Assembly: GCA_963622535.1 (NCBI GenBank)
Contig: CAVFIO010000001.1
Location: 8,141-72,069 of the forward strand
DNA: 63,929 nt
Source: Akkermansia muciniphila
GTDB taxonomy: Bacteria; Pseudomonadota; Gammaproteobacteria; Enterobacterales; Succinivibrionaceae
Direction: 5' to 3'
Position 1 is the stretch's first letter, and every line of letters begins with the position of its first letter. A program made the position numbers and the translations under genes. Shown here one piece after another: positions 54,534 to 63,929 of this stretch. A model generated the notes under the pieces. It made no database searches. It worked only from the letters and a program-made list of their open reading frames with translations, and was not told the DNA's origin.

Positions 54534-56147
54534 ATGAAGTCTTATGACGATCTTCAGTTAGCCAAGTATGGCATTACTGCTGCTGCTAGCATCAAGTACA
54601 ACCCCACCTATGAAGAGCTTTTCGCAGACGAGACCGTTGCTGGTCTTGAGGGCTACGAGAAGGGTGTTGTCACCGAGATGGGCGCTGTTAACGTTATGAC
54701 CGGCGTTTACACCGGCCGTTCTCCTAAAGATAAGTTCATCGTCAAGGACGACACTTCTAAGGACAACTTCTGGTGGACCACCGAAGGTTTCAAGAATGAT
54801 AACAAGCCTTTGAGCACTGAGTCTTGGAATGTCTTGAAGGATTTAGCTGGCAAAGAGCTTTCCAACAAGAACCTTTACGTTGTTGACTGCTTCTGCGGTG
54901 CTAATGCTAACACCCGTATGGCTATCCGTTTCGTAATGGAAGTCGCATGGCAGGCTCACTTCGTAACCAACATGTTCATCCGTCCTACTGAGGAAGAACT
55001 TGCAAACTTCACCCCTGACTTCGTTGTTTTGAACGCAGCCAAGGCAAAGGTTGAGAACTACAAAGAGTTAGGTCTCAATTCTGAGACTGCTGTTGTGTTC
55101 AACCTCACTGAGCGCATGCAGATCATCCTCAACACCTGGTACGGTGGTGAGATGAAGAAGGGCATGTTCTCCATGATGAACTACTACTTACCTTTAAAGG
55201 GCATCGCTGCAATGCACTGCTCTGCCAACACCTCTAAGGATGGCAAAGAGACCGCTATCTTCTTCGGTCTCTCCGGCACTGGTAAGACCACCCTTTCTAC
55301 CGATCCTAAGCGTTTACTCATCGGTGACGACGAGCACGGTTGGGATGATGACGGCGTCTTTAACTTTGAAGGCGGCTGCTACGCTAAGGTTATTAACCTT
55401 TCTCAGGAAAATGAGCCTGATATTTGGAACGCAATCAAGCGCAATGCATTGCTTGAGAACGTAACCACTGACGCTAACGGCAAGATCGACTTTGCTGATA
55501 AGTCCGTCACTGAGAACACTCGTGTTTCTTATCCTATTTTCCACATCAACAACATCGTTAAGCCTATCTCCAAGGGCCCTGCTGCTACCCGCGTGATCTT
55601 CTTGTCCGCTGATGCATTCGGTGTGTTGCCTCCTGTTTCCCTGTTGAATGCAAACCAGACCAAGTACTACTTCCTCTCTGGCTTCACCGCTAAGTTAGCT
55701 GGTACCGAGCGTGGCATTACTGAGCCTACTCCTACCTTCTCTTCTTGCTTCGGTGCTGCATTCCTGTCCTTACCTCCTACCACCTATGCTGACGTTCTTG
55801 TTAAGCGTATGGAGAAGTCTGGTGCTAAGGCTTACCTGGTTAACACCGGCTGGAACGGAACTGGCAAGCGTATCTCCATTAAGGATACCCGTGGCATCAT
55901 CGATGCAATTTTAGACGGTTCTATCGATAAGGCTCCTACTAAGACTGTTCCTGTCTTCTCATTCACCGTTCCTACTGAGTTACCTGGCGTTGATCCTAAG
56001 ATCCTCGATCCTCGTGACACCTATGCTGATGTTAAGGATTGGGAAGCTAAGGCTCAGGACTTGGCACAGCGCTTCCAGAAGAACTTCGTCAAGTTTGAAG
56101 AGTTCGATAAGGATGGTGCTTTGAAGGCTGCTGGCCCTCAGCTCTAA
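54534..56147 (+). CDS. pckA: Phosphoenolpyruvate carboxykinase (ATP)
   Basis: [41 protein letters not shown]; strong codon bias. Confidence 0.98.
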   Translation: MKSYDDLQLAKYGITAAASIKYNPTYEELFADETVAGLEGYEKGVVTEMGAVNVMTGVYTGRSPKDKFIVKDDTSKDNFWWTTEGFKNDNKPLSTESWNVLKDLAGKELSNKNLYVVDCFCGANANTRMAIRFVMEVAWQAHFVTNMFIRPTEEELANFTPDFVVLNAAKAKVENYKELGLNSETAVVFNLTERMQIILNTWYGGEMKKGMFSMMNYYLPLKGIAAMHCSANTSKDGKETAIFFGLSGTGKTTLSTDPKRLLIGDDEHGWDDDGVFNFEGGCYAKVINLSQENEPDIWNAIKRNALLENVTTDANGKIDFADKSVTENTRVSYPIFHINNIVKPISKGPAATRVIFLSADAFGVLPPVSLLNANQTKYYFLSGFTAKLAGTERGITEPTPTFSSCFGAAFLSLPPTTYADVLVKRMEKSGAKAYLVNTGWNGTGKRISIKDTRGIIDAILDGSIDKAPTKTVPVFSFTVPTELPGVDPKILDPRDTYADVKDWEAKAQDLAQRFQKNFVKFEEFDKDGALKAAGPQL

Positions 56148-56187
56148 TTTAAAATTAGTTAACTGACTTACGTCAGTAAGCTAAAAT

Positions 56188-56225
56188 AGAACCCGGTGTG
56201 TTATGCATGCCGGGTTCTTGCTTTT
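56188..56225 (+). terminator. Terminator of pckA
   Basis: AGAACCCGG...CCGGGTTCT followed by a T-rich tail. Confidence 0.65.
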
Positions 56226-56241
56226 GGGAAGGATGTAAATT

Positions 56242-56856
56242 ATGAAACTGCCTTATATTACGCGTGATGGCTATGATCAGTTGCATAAAGAGTTGGATTA
56301 TTTGTGGAATGTTAAACGTCCAGATGTAACTGCCAAGGTATCCTGGGCAGCAAGCTTAGGTGATCGCTCAGAGAATGCTGATTATCATTACAACAAGCGT
56401 TTATTAGGACAGATTGACCGCCGTATCAGATTCTTGCGTCATAGCTTAAATGATCTTCAGGTTTGTGAATATAACCGTCAGCAGGAAGGTAAGGTCTTCT
56501 TTGGCGCCTATGTTGAGATTGAAGCTGATGATGACGGTACTGTTATGCAGATCCGTATCGTGGGTGGCGAGGAAATATTCGGGCGCTCCAACTACATTTC
56601 CATCGATTCGCCTATGGCTAAGGCCTTGCTTGGTAAGGCTCAGGATGATGAGGCGGTAGTTAAGACCCCTAAGGGGGATAGATTATGGTACGTCAATAAG
56701 ATCTCTTATAAATCACCTGAATGGTTTATAGAGGAGGAGATTGTTGATAACTATATGCGCGATGAAAACACTGAAGATGATGCTCCTGTTAAGGAATTGT
56801 CTCCTGAAGAAGAGAAAGAGATTGAGCAGGAGTATCTGAAAACTCTGGTTCATTAG
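56242..56856 (+). CDS. greB: Transcription elongation factor GreB with acidic C-terminal extension
   Basis: LW...RP....V.WAASLGDRSENADY, IDRRIRFL, ISIDSPMA. Confidence 0.95.
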   Translation: MKLPYITRDGYDQLHKELDYLWNVKRPDVTAKVSWAASLGDRSENADYHYNKRLLGQIDRRIRFLRHSLNDLQVCEYNRQQEGKVFFGAYVEIEADDDGTVMQIRIVGGEEIFGRSNYISIDSPMAKALLGKAQDDEAVVKTPKGDRLWYVNKISYKSPEWFIEEEIVDNYMRDENTEDDAPVKELSPEEEKEIEQEYLKTLVH

Positions 56857-57056
56857 TCTAATTCCATATTTGCAAAAGAGCTTTAATGATTTATTTAACT
56901 GGAGTGCAAGCACTAAATATTCCTTGTTCTCTGGATACAACAGGGGATTGGCATGCCTATGGTATCCAGTGAAAAAAATTAAATCTCAAGGATAGTAATC
57001 AAAGTATCTTCGAACATTTAAGTCATTAAGCAACTTATGGCTTGCGGTCAGACATA

Positions 57057-57854
57057 CTAGAATGACTTTGTTTCAACTACACTGATTTTTACGTGTCCGA
57101 GCTTCAGTCCCAGAAGCAGCTCCTCATCAGCAGGCTCTAAATCTGTTACCAATTCAGATACTTCATTCCATTCAGCATAAATTGATACTGCACTTTTATC
57201 TATCTTTGAGTGATCTGCCGCCACGATGCAGTTTGTTGCACGGTGAGTCATTGCACGATACGTCTCAGCAATTTCCGGATCGAAATTTGATACCCCATCA
57301 CCTGTGAGACCTGAAGCCCCAAGGATCACGTGATTGGCATAGATCCTTGAAAGATAATTGATGGTTTCCGGACCATACACACATTTTTCTATTTCGTTGA
57401 AAAGGCCTGGCAACAGATGTACCTTGAAGGTTGGATTCTGTGCAAGCTCAGAGGCAATTAGAGGGGAGTCGGTAAAGACTGTCAGCTTCTTTTTCTCAGC
57501 AGCCAGACGTACGGCAACATGGATAGTGGTAGCTCCACTGCCAATGATCAGAACCTCTCCATCTTTTATTTCTGATACAACGTGTTGCGCTATGGCTTCG
57601 CGTTGGCGGGAAAATAAATGATCACGCTCGCTGACCCCGGGCTCTGGATCCATAGGTCTTGAGGCACCGCCATAGGTGCGGTGAATTGAGCCTTCCTCTT
57701 CAAGCTCTGCAAGGTCTCGGCGAATAGTTTCGGTAGATACACCGATATCTGATGCAAGCTCAGAGACGCGAATTGCAGGGAAGCTTTTAAGCTTGTTGCG
57801 AATAAGAGTATGGCGTTCTGATTTACTAAGCTTGTCTTTCTTTTTAACCTGCAT
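57057..57854 (-). CDS. DeoR/GlpR-family transcriptional regulator
   Basis: VS.ETIRRDL..LE, R.YGGA, G.TT, ADHSK. Confidence 0.93.
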   Translation of the reverse strand: MQVKKKDKLSKSERHTLIRNKLKSFPAIRVSELASDIGVSTETIRRDLAELEEEGSIHRTYGGASRPMDPEPGVSERDHLFSRQREAIAQHVVSEIKDGEVLIIGSGATTIHVAVRLAAEKKKLTVFTDSPLIASELAQNPTFKVHLLPGLFNEIEKCVYGPETINYLSRIYANHVILGASGLTGDGVSNFDPEIAETYRAMTHRATNCIVAADHSKIDKSAVSIYAEWNEVSELVTDLEPADEELLLGLKLGHVKISVVETKSF

Positions 57855-57921
57855 CTTTATATCTCCGAAAACTAAAGCCGCATTGAGTGAACAATCTGCG
57901 GCTTAATATTTTACCTGATTA

Positions 57922-59263
57922 GGAACTACGCGTAAATAACATATACATTTAATAAAATATGATATCATTGCATCATGAGGTGCAATGATTATGGATTGGG
58001 ATGGAATAGATAATATTATCGGCGTCATGATCCCGTTGTTAAATGAACGGGAGCGCCGTATCTTTATTGGAGCTTGTGCCAAGTATCTTGGACGAGGGTC
58101 TTCTGCTCATCTTAATAAGCTAACAGGCATGTCTCGTGTAACTATTAATAAAGGAATAGTTGATCTCAAAGATTTACCAATAGATCCTAAAGCAAAGCCT
58201 TCCGTAAATGAGTTAAATGAAACACCTATACGTGCACCTGGTGGAGGCAAAAAATCTATTGACGAAAGCTCTCCAGAGACGGTTGCGCGGATATTAGAGA
58301 TAGTCAACGAGCATACTGTTGGCAAACCTATGAATCCTCTGGTCTACACTACTTTAAGTACCTACAATATTTCCGACCTTCTCAAAAATGAAGGAAAGAA
58401 AGCAGGTCCAACGACAGTTCGCAAGATCTTAAATAATGCAGGCTTCAGTCTGCAGCAAAATAGAAAATATGTAGAGAAATCAGCGATATCTGATGACAGA
58501 GCACCACAGTTTGATCATATCAATGAAGTGATCAGGGAAGCCTTTGACAAAAATATCCCAGTGATTTCAGTTGATGCCAAAAAGAAAGAGCTTGTTGGTA
58601 ATTACAAAAATGCAGGAGCTGAATGGCGTCCAATAGCAGATCCTCGCTTGGTAAACGGTCATGATTTTGAAGGAAAAGAAGGAAAGGCCGCACCTTATGG
58701 AATTTATGATCTTGGTGCTAACGAAGGCTTTGTAAACGTAGGGATCAGCTCGGATACAGCTGAATTTGCAGTGAACTCCATTCGCCAATGGTATTTAACC
58801 ATGGGCAAAAGCAGATACCCTGATGCAAAAGAGCTGATCATTACTGCCGACTGCGGTGGTAGTAAAGGTTATCGCTCACGCCTGTGGAAACACGAACTGC
58901 AGAAACTGGCTAATCAATTAGGCATTGATATCAGAGTTATGCATTTTCCGCCGGGAACTTCAAAGTGGAATAAGATAGAGCATAGGCTTTTTGCTCAAAT
59001 CAGTAGAACCTGGCGAGGAGTGCCACTGGAGACCTTGGAAATTATCATTAGCCTTATTGAATCAACCAAGACAAAGACTGGTTTGAATGTCTCCGCTCAA
59101 ATTGATAGAAACGAATATAAAACAGGGATAACCATCACTGACGAACAGATGGAATCACTGTCAATTGTAAGAGATAATTGGAAGGGCGAATGGAACTACA
59201 CCATCAAAGCACAAATCTAACTTTTTGTAGTTAGATTTGTACAACTAATCAACGCGCAGCTTC
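57922..59263 (+). mobile_element. ISAzo13-family insertion sequence
   Basis: Imperfect terminal inverted repeats GGAACTACGCGT (left) and ACGCGCAGCTTC (right) enclosing one transposase ORF. Confidence 0.75.
57985..59220 (+). CDS. ISAzo13-family DDE transposase
   Basis: LNERERR, R.PGGG.K, ISVDAKKKELVG, PYGIYD, DTAEFA, HFPPGTSKWNKIEHRLF, GEWNY. Confidence 0.92.
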   Translation: MIMDWDGIDNIIGVMIPLLNERERRIFIGACAKYLGRGSSAHLNKLTGMSRVTINKGIVDLKDLPIDPKAKPSVNELNETPIRAPGGGKKSIDESSPETVARILEIVNEHTVGKPMNPLVYTTLSTYNISDLLKNEGKKAGPTTVRKILNNAGFSLQQNRKYVEKSAISDDRAPQFDHINEVIREAFDKNIPVISVDAKKKELVGNYKNAGAEWRPIADPRLVNGHDFEGKEGKAAPYGIYDLGANEGFVNVGISSDTAEFAVNSIRQWYLTMGKSRYPDAKELIITADCGGSKGYRSRLWKHELQKLANQLGIDIRVMHFPPGTSKWNKIEHRLFAQISRTWRGVPLETLEIIISLIESTKTKTGLNVSAQIDRNEYKTGITITDEQMESLSIVRDNWKGEWNYTIKAQI

Positions 59264-59310
59264 TTGGGTTCTAAATTGGGGCTTTAGCGGAATGAATTTA
59301 GTAAAAGGGA

Positions 59311-59883
59311 TTAGATACTGTCATCAACGTTGAGGCCTTTTTGCCTGATATACGCGGTATTGTTATAGCGTCTGGCAATGGCAGTTAAATGCTTTTGCTC
59401 ATCAGATGACAGCGTTTCTGAGATCGCGGCAGAATATTTTGCATGAATCTGTTCACTCTCCTGTATCTTATTAAAGGAGTGTCTGGCTGATGCTGTATTT
59501 TCCGCTTGAGAAACTGCAGATAAATTGGACCTAGAGGATGATAGAGATCCGGTTGCTGAGATTGTGCTGTTTGAAGAGGATGCCTTAGTACTGCCTGCTA
59601 CATCAAGCCTAGGGGCTTCCTTCTTATCCTTTTTGCTTTTGTCGCGATCTTTGTGCTGATTATGCTCAGTCGCATTCTGAACTAAGGCTTGAGACTGGGC
59701 ATAGAGTGATGAGTTGGTACCGGAGGTGGTATCACCACCTGCAGGCCCCTGCTTTGCTGAGCTTTCTGACTGTGGCAGTTGTGGAATGCTTTCACGCTGT
59801 GCATTCTCTTTATGGGCCTCTTCAGCCCCTGCAGAGAAGACAGGAGGGGCGATCGCAATGCTTAAGTTAGCAACTTCCATCAT
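59311..59883 (-). CDS. Hypothetical protein, Ser-rich and largely low-complexity
   Basis: 190-aa ORF with GGAGG upstream; co-oriented with and downstream of the bioH-like gene. Confidence 0.7.
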   Translation of the reverse strand: MMEVANLSIAIAPPVFSAGAEEAHKENAQRESIPQLPQSESSAKQGPAGGDTTSGTNSSLYAQSQALVQNATEHNQHKDRDKSKKDKKEAPRLDVAGSTKASSSNSTISATGSLSSSRSNLSAVSQAENTASARHSFNKIQESEQIHAKYSAAISETLSSDEQKHLTAIARRYNNTAYIRQKGLNVDDSI

Positions 59884-60020
59884 CTCCTCCAGAATTTAAA
59901 GCCCAATACACCTTATCTTATTTAACGGCACCGGCAGAACTCAAATTCAGATTTTTTTTCAGGGTAATTTGCAGCGGCATGAAAGTATCATGTAATGACA
60001 GGTACAAGGCTGAAATCCTT

Positions 60021-60833
60021 TTAAAGGTTATCAATGAAGTTTCCAATTACTGCCTTAAAACTCTCAGGCTCGGTAATGAAGGGCAGATGTGCGGAGTTTT
60101 CAAAGGTGCAGACAGATGACTTTCTGGCTTTTTTAAGCACTGTCTGCTGTGTGGCTGGTACCAGAAGGTCATTTCTCCCAAATATATGCAGTACCGGTAT
60201 TGAAAGCGTTGTAAGCTCTCCTCTCTCATCACCTTGCAGCATATGCAAAATACCGGAGTTTAGAACCTCAAAGGGAGGAATTTTAAAGCGGGCAAAGCAT
60301 TCTGCAATGGTTCTGCCTCCGGCACTGTTACCCTGTACTGAATAAAAAAGTCTTACGAGGCGCAGAAAGGTGCGCTCGTTAAAGCTTTCGTTGAGCTTTT
60401 TTATATAGCGCTGGTTAAACCCGGGATTTCCTTCCTCATCTGGAAAGCGTGGAGCACCGCAGATTGTGATCAGAGCCTTAAAATGATCTTTATACAGAGC
60501 GCAGGCTCTTATGGCATATAAAGTTGAGAGCGACCACGACATGAGTACGGCATTTTCAGGTACCGTACGGGCAATTAACGTTGCCACAGTATCAGGATCC
60601 TGACAGTAATCCTTAAGATGGGCACTTCTGCCATATCCTGGCAGATCGATAAGCATGATCCTGAAGTCTGGGAACAGTGGTACCAGGTTTTTGGTGAACA
60701 CAGAATCAGCGGCCCAACCATGAGTTACTGCAACAGTGGTTGCAGATGTCGGACCGAAGGTTTGAAATCCCAAAAGCGGCAGTTCATCTTTTGGGATAGA
60801 GGATACAGGAGTAAGAGACTCCGGACTAGACAT
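60021..60833 (-). CDS. BioH-like alpha/beta hydrolase
   Basis: HGW, IDLPGYGRS, nucleophile W-S-L, D.LVP, AH.PF. Confidence 0.75.
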   Translation of the reverse strand: MSSPESLTPVSSIPKDELPLLGFQTFGPTSATTVAVTHGWAADSVFTKNLVPLFPDFRIMLIDLPGYGRSAHLKDYCQDPDTVATLIARTVPENAVLMSWSLSTLYAIRACALYKDHFKALITICGAPRFPDEEGNPGFNQRYIKKLNESFNERTFLRLVRLFYSVQGNSAGGRTIAECFARFKIPPFEVLNSGILHMLQGDERGELTTLSIPVLHIFGRNDLLVPATQQTVLKKARKSSVCTFENSAHLPFITEPESFKAVIGNFIDNL

Positions 60834-61476
60834 TATGAGCTTTGCGATAAGCGATCAGATCGTCAATTGAAACCACGGTCAAATCGTTCTCAAGTGCAAA
60901 AGTGCATACACGGGGTAACTTGGCCATGAGTCCATCAGGTGCGCAAAGTTCACATAGAATGCCAGCAGGAGCAAAGCCTGCCATACGGGCCAGATCAACT
61001 GATGCTTCTGTGTGGCCGTCGCGAACTAAAACGCCACCCTTTTTGGCAATTAGCGGGAAGGTATGACCGGGAGCTGCCAGATCCTCAGGCTTGCCTTCAG
61101 GATTGATAACAGCCTTAATAGCCTTGACTCGATCGGGAGCTGAAACACCGGTGGTAACACCGTGAGCGGCATCGATAGTGATGGTGAACGCTGTACCGTA
61201 AACAGAGGTGTTATGCTCGACCATCAAAGGCAGATTCATGCGCTTGGCCTGCTCTTCTTCAATGCAGACACAGACGATACCAGAGCATTCACGGATCATG
61301 AAGGCCATCTGGGCATCTGTAACAGTCTCAGCTGCATAGATGAGATCGCCTTCGTTTTCGCGGCCTTCGTTGTCTACGACCAAGATGCCACGGCCTTTCT
61401 TTAATGCTTCGATGGCGTTTTCAACGCGTTCATCGGCGTTGCGGCCGAAGGTTTCTAATAAATTACCAGTAAACAT
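60826..61476 (-). CDS. ribB: 3,4-dihydroxy-2-butanone 4-phosphate synthase
   Basis: RENEGDL, TAFT..IDA, TTGVSA.DR, PGH.FPL, R.GHTEA. Confidence 0.96.
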   Translation of the reverse strand: MFTGNLLETFGRNADERVENAIEALKKGRGILVVDNEGRENEGDLIYAAETVTDAQMAFMIRECSGIVCVCIEEEQAKRMNLPLMVEHNTSVYGTAFTITIDAAHGVTTGVSAPDRVKAIKAVINPEGKPEDLAAPGHTFPLIAKKGGVLVRDGHTEASVDLARMAGFAPAGILCELCAPDGLMAKLPRVCTFALENDLTVVSIDDLIAYRKAHNV

Positions 61477-61811
61477 TGAGTCCTCGCAAAAACTTGTAAG
61501 AAGCCTATTAGAAAGTGAATAAATCTGAGCTCACTTTCGGCGTTCCGTATTATACATTTTTTTGTACACATGGCCGTTTAAAAGCGGACCATGTTTTTAA
61601 TTAGCTTGATTTTACGAAAAAATTGCAAAGTAAAGAGAGAAAACCTCGCAGCTTGATAAAGGCCTGATGCTTTGGTAATGGGCCTGATTTCAGGCGGACA
61701 CAGTATTGATAAGATGAAGCTGTACCTGATTTTTACATGTATTTTTTTCGATTTCAAATTAAAACGGACCTCAACAGAGATCCGCTTAACTTAGGTAGAG
61801 CAGTAAATCCT

Positions 61812-63014
61812 CTATTGCTCTTCAGTATCCTCTGGCTCTTTTAAGGTGATCAGGATAATGGATGCCATTACCAGAGCAGGCAGCAGGGTTGAACCGATAC
61901 CGACTGACAGTCCGAAGTGGTCGGAAACCACACCGGTTAAGATGGAGATTATGTAGCCTACACCGAAGGTAAAGCCCAGCATCATGGAGGTTGCAAAAGC
62001 AGCAGCCTCACGACCCAGCATACGTTCAGCCCATACAATAGCCACCGGAGTGGAGCCGTAAATTGCGGCACCGACCATGAATAACGCTATATAGGTTACT
62101 ACGGTGAGATCAGGCTGCCACAGGAAGATGGCAATACTTACAAAGCTTAATACATAGGTTGAAAGAATTAAGGTCTTCAAACCGAACTTTGATGACAGTG
62201 CACCGACACTCAGACCACCTGCAACAGTACCTAATAACATGGTAGTCACTGCACTGGCACTCTGCACGGTTTCAAAGCCGTGATCCTTAAATAAAAGAGG
62301 CAGATAGATGAGCATTGAGCAGTAGCAGAGAGAACGCAGCGCAAAGCTTACGGTAAAGAGAATGAAGGGCTTGTTATGGAACAGTGCCTTCATATCAACA
62401 TTCTTAATCTGTGCAGAGGAGACAACCTTTTCCTTAACATGCAGACGACGCATGTATAGCACGCAGGCAGTAAGCACTGCAGGTAATGACAGATACCAGA
62501 GCTTGTCATCAGTAAAGTGCTCCAGGAACATAGCTACGATAAGTGGGGCAAAGCCAAAGCCGATGTTACCGCCTGCAATAAAGATAGAGGTTGCAAGTAC
62601 GTCGTGTCCTTTGGGAGTGACCTTAGGCATGATGCCACCTGCAACAGGGTGGAAGGTTGATGCACATGCTCCCGAGAGAATGATCGTCGCCACTAAAATC
62701 CAGGTGTTAGGTGCCAGAGTAACAAGACAGATAAAAATACCTGCAGTTGCAATGGACAGCGGCATGGTCCAGTTCAGGTTATAGCGAACAGCAGCAAGGC
62801 CTAATACAGGCTGTACGAAGTTTGCCAGGATCTGGAAGGCCATAAAGAGAGCACCGCATTCTGAGTAGGAGAAGCCAAAGCGCAGCGCCATTACAGGAAG
62901 CAGAATAGGCAAAATGTCGCAATAGAAGTCAGATGCCAAATGAGCCCAGCCCATCATGCTGACGTTTACCCAGCCGACTGTCGGTCCTTTAGGAGAGGTT
63001 ACGTTTGTTGACAT
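61812..63014 (-). CDS. MFS transporter, Fsr (fosmidomycin resistance)-like
   Basis: H...D.Y..ILP, QP.LG, FHP, F..GGN.G....P; about 12 TM segments. Confidence 0.8.
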   Translation of the reverse strand: MSTNVTSPKGPTVGWVNVSMMGWAHLASDFYCDILPILLPVMALRFGFSYSECGALFMAFQILANFVQPVLGLAAVRYNLNWTMPLSIATAGIFICLVTLAPNTWILVATIILSGACASTFHPVAGGIMPKVTPKGHDVLATSIFIAGGNIGFGFAPLIVAMFLEHFTDDKLWYLSLPAVLTACVLYMRRLHVKEKVVSSAQIKNVDMKALFHNKPFILFTVSFALRSLCYCSMLIYLPLLFKDHGFETVQSASAVTTMLLGTVAGGLSVGALSSKFGLKTLILSTYVLSFVSIAIFLWQPDLTVVTYIALFMVGAAIYGSTPVAIVWAERMLGREAAAFATSMMLGFTFGVGYIISILTGVVSDHFGLSVGIGSTLLPALVMASIILITLKEPEDTEEQ

Positions 63015-63046
63015 AGTGGTTTGTCCGGTTATTGTAATATTTTGTT

Positions 63047-63929
63047 TTACTGTGAAATCCTGATTAACAGTTTTTCCAAATCTTCTTTTGAGAACTTATA
63101 GGTATGACCGCAGTGCTGGCAGGTCATCTTTGTTCCGCCATCGGCGATCATAGACTCAATTACTTCGGGATCAAGGGCCTCAAGTGCATTCACACAGCGA
63201 TCGCGTGAGCACACGCATTTAAAATACGGTGTGCGTGGAGGAAATACGCGTACTTCCTCGTGAGCAAAGAGTCTTGATAAGCAATCATTTAGGGGTAAAT
63301 TGAAAATCTCATCCTCAGTCATGGTATTAGAGAGAATGGATAGGTGCTCTAAAGATTCCTGATTGCCTTTTATCTCAGGGATCACCTGTAGCATTATGCC
63401 GGCAGAGATCTCCTTGTCAGTATCTGACCAGATTAAAAATTCTGTAGGCAGCTGCTGAGAGTCCTTAAAGTAATTACCCAAAGTAGCGGCAATTGACTCC
63501 GGGTTTACGGCCACGATACCCTGCCATTTGTTTTTAGGATCATCTGCCGGGAAGATGGTGAGTACCAGGACTGCATCCTTGCCGGTAAGCTCTGCAAAGG
63601 TGAGATCGTCTGCAATCTCTTTATCATCATAGAACTGGCATGAGCCATAGAAGCTGAGATCATCACGGATGTTGATAAGAGCATATTTGACGGGAGACCC
63701 CTCACCCCCCCGGATCTGCACCATAACCTCAGAGCCGTCTTTAAGTGTGGCTGCAAAAAGTACAGTGGCAGCAGCAAGCTCCTGCATCATCTTGCGGGCA
63801 CATTTTGGATATTTTACTCCTGCAAACATTTCTGAGCAGGGGGCTGTCAGGCGCACGATTTCTCCGCGCACACCATGGTTATCAAAGAGGAAGCGAACGA
63901 TGCTGTTCTGTTCTTTTTTATCAAGATTA
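63047..63929 (-). CDS. hslO: Redox chaperone Hsp33; 5' end lies beyond the window
   Basis: RFLF....VRGE, YF..S.QLPT, C-terminal CxC...CxxC zinc motif; reading frame open to the window edge. Confidence 0.92.
   Translation of the reverse strand, partial: NLDKKEQNSIVRFLFDNHGVRGEIVRLTAPCSEMFAGVKYPKCARKMMQELAAATVLFAATLKDGSEVMVQIRGGEGSPVKYALINIRDDLSFYGSCQFYDDKEIADDLTFAELTGKDAVLVLTIFPADDPKNKWQGIVAVNPESIAATLGNYFKDSQQLPTEFLIWSDTDKEISAGIMLQVIPEIKGNQESLEHLSILSNTMTEDEIFNLPLNDCLSRLFAHEEVRVFPPRTPYFKCVCSRDRCVNALEALDPEVIESMIADGGTKMTCQHCGHTYKFSKEDLEKLLIRISQ

Overview
A mostly core-genome, origin-proximal chromosome segment of a gammaproteobacterium. Gene order and an Anaerobiospirillum-type PEPCK suggest Succinivibrionaceae (inferred from recalled sequence similarity). 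In order: earP-efp; a likely oriC; mnmG-rsmG-parA-parB; atpIBEFHAGDC; rpoH-ftsY/rsmD; an IdnD-like dehydrogenase; the kdsC-lptCAB-rpoN-hpf-ptsN-rapZ cluster; mlaFEDCB-yjgA; mreBCD-maf-tldD; two tandem ssb paralogs and uvrA; an orphan AbiEi/DUF6088-like gene; pmbA; gpmI/secB/gpsA; a sugar ABC transporter with araA; nfuA, pckA, greB; an ISAzo13-family IS; a bioH-like gene, ribB, an MFS transporter and a truncated hslO. No rRNA, tRNA or CRISPR array was seen. No clear novel multi-gene system is demonstrable from the sequence alone. Best leads: a 4-Cys insertion in ATP synthase subunit a, a duplicated ~100-bp non-coding element downstream of araA, tandem SSBs (one with a Tyr-repeat linker), an antitoxin-like gene whose partner appears deleted just after its start codon, absence of ftsEX and envC from their usual slots, and an origin with only degenerate DnaA boxes.
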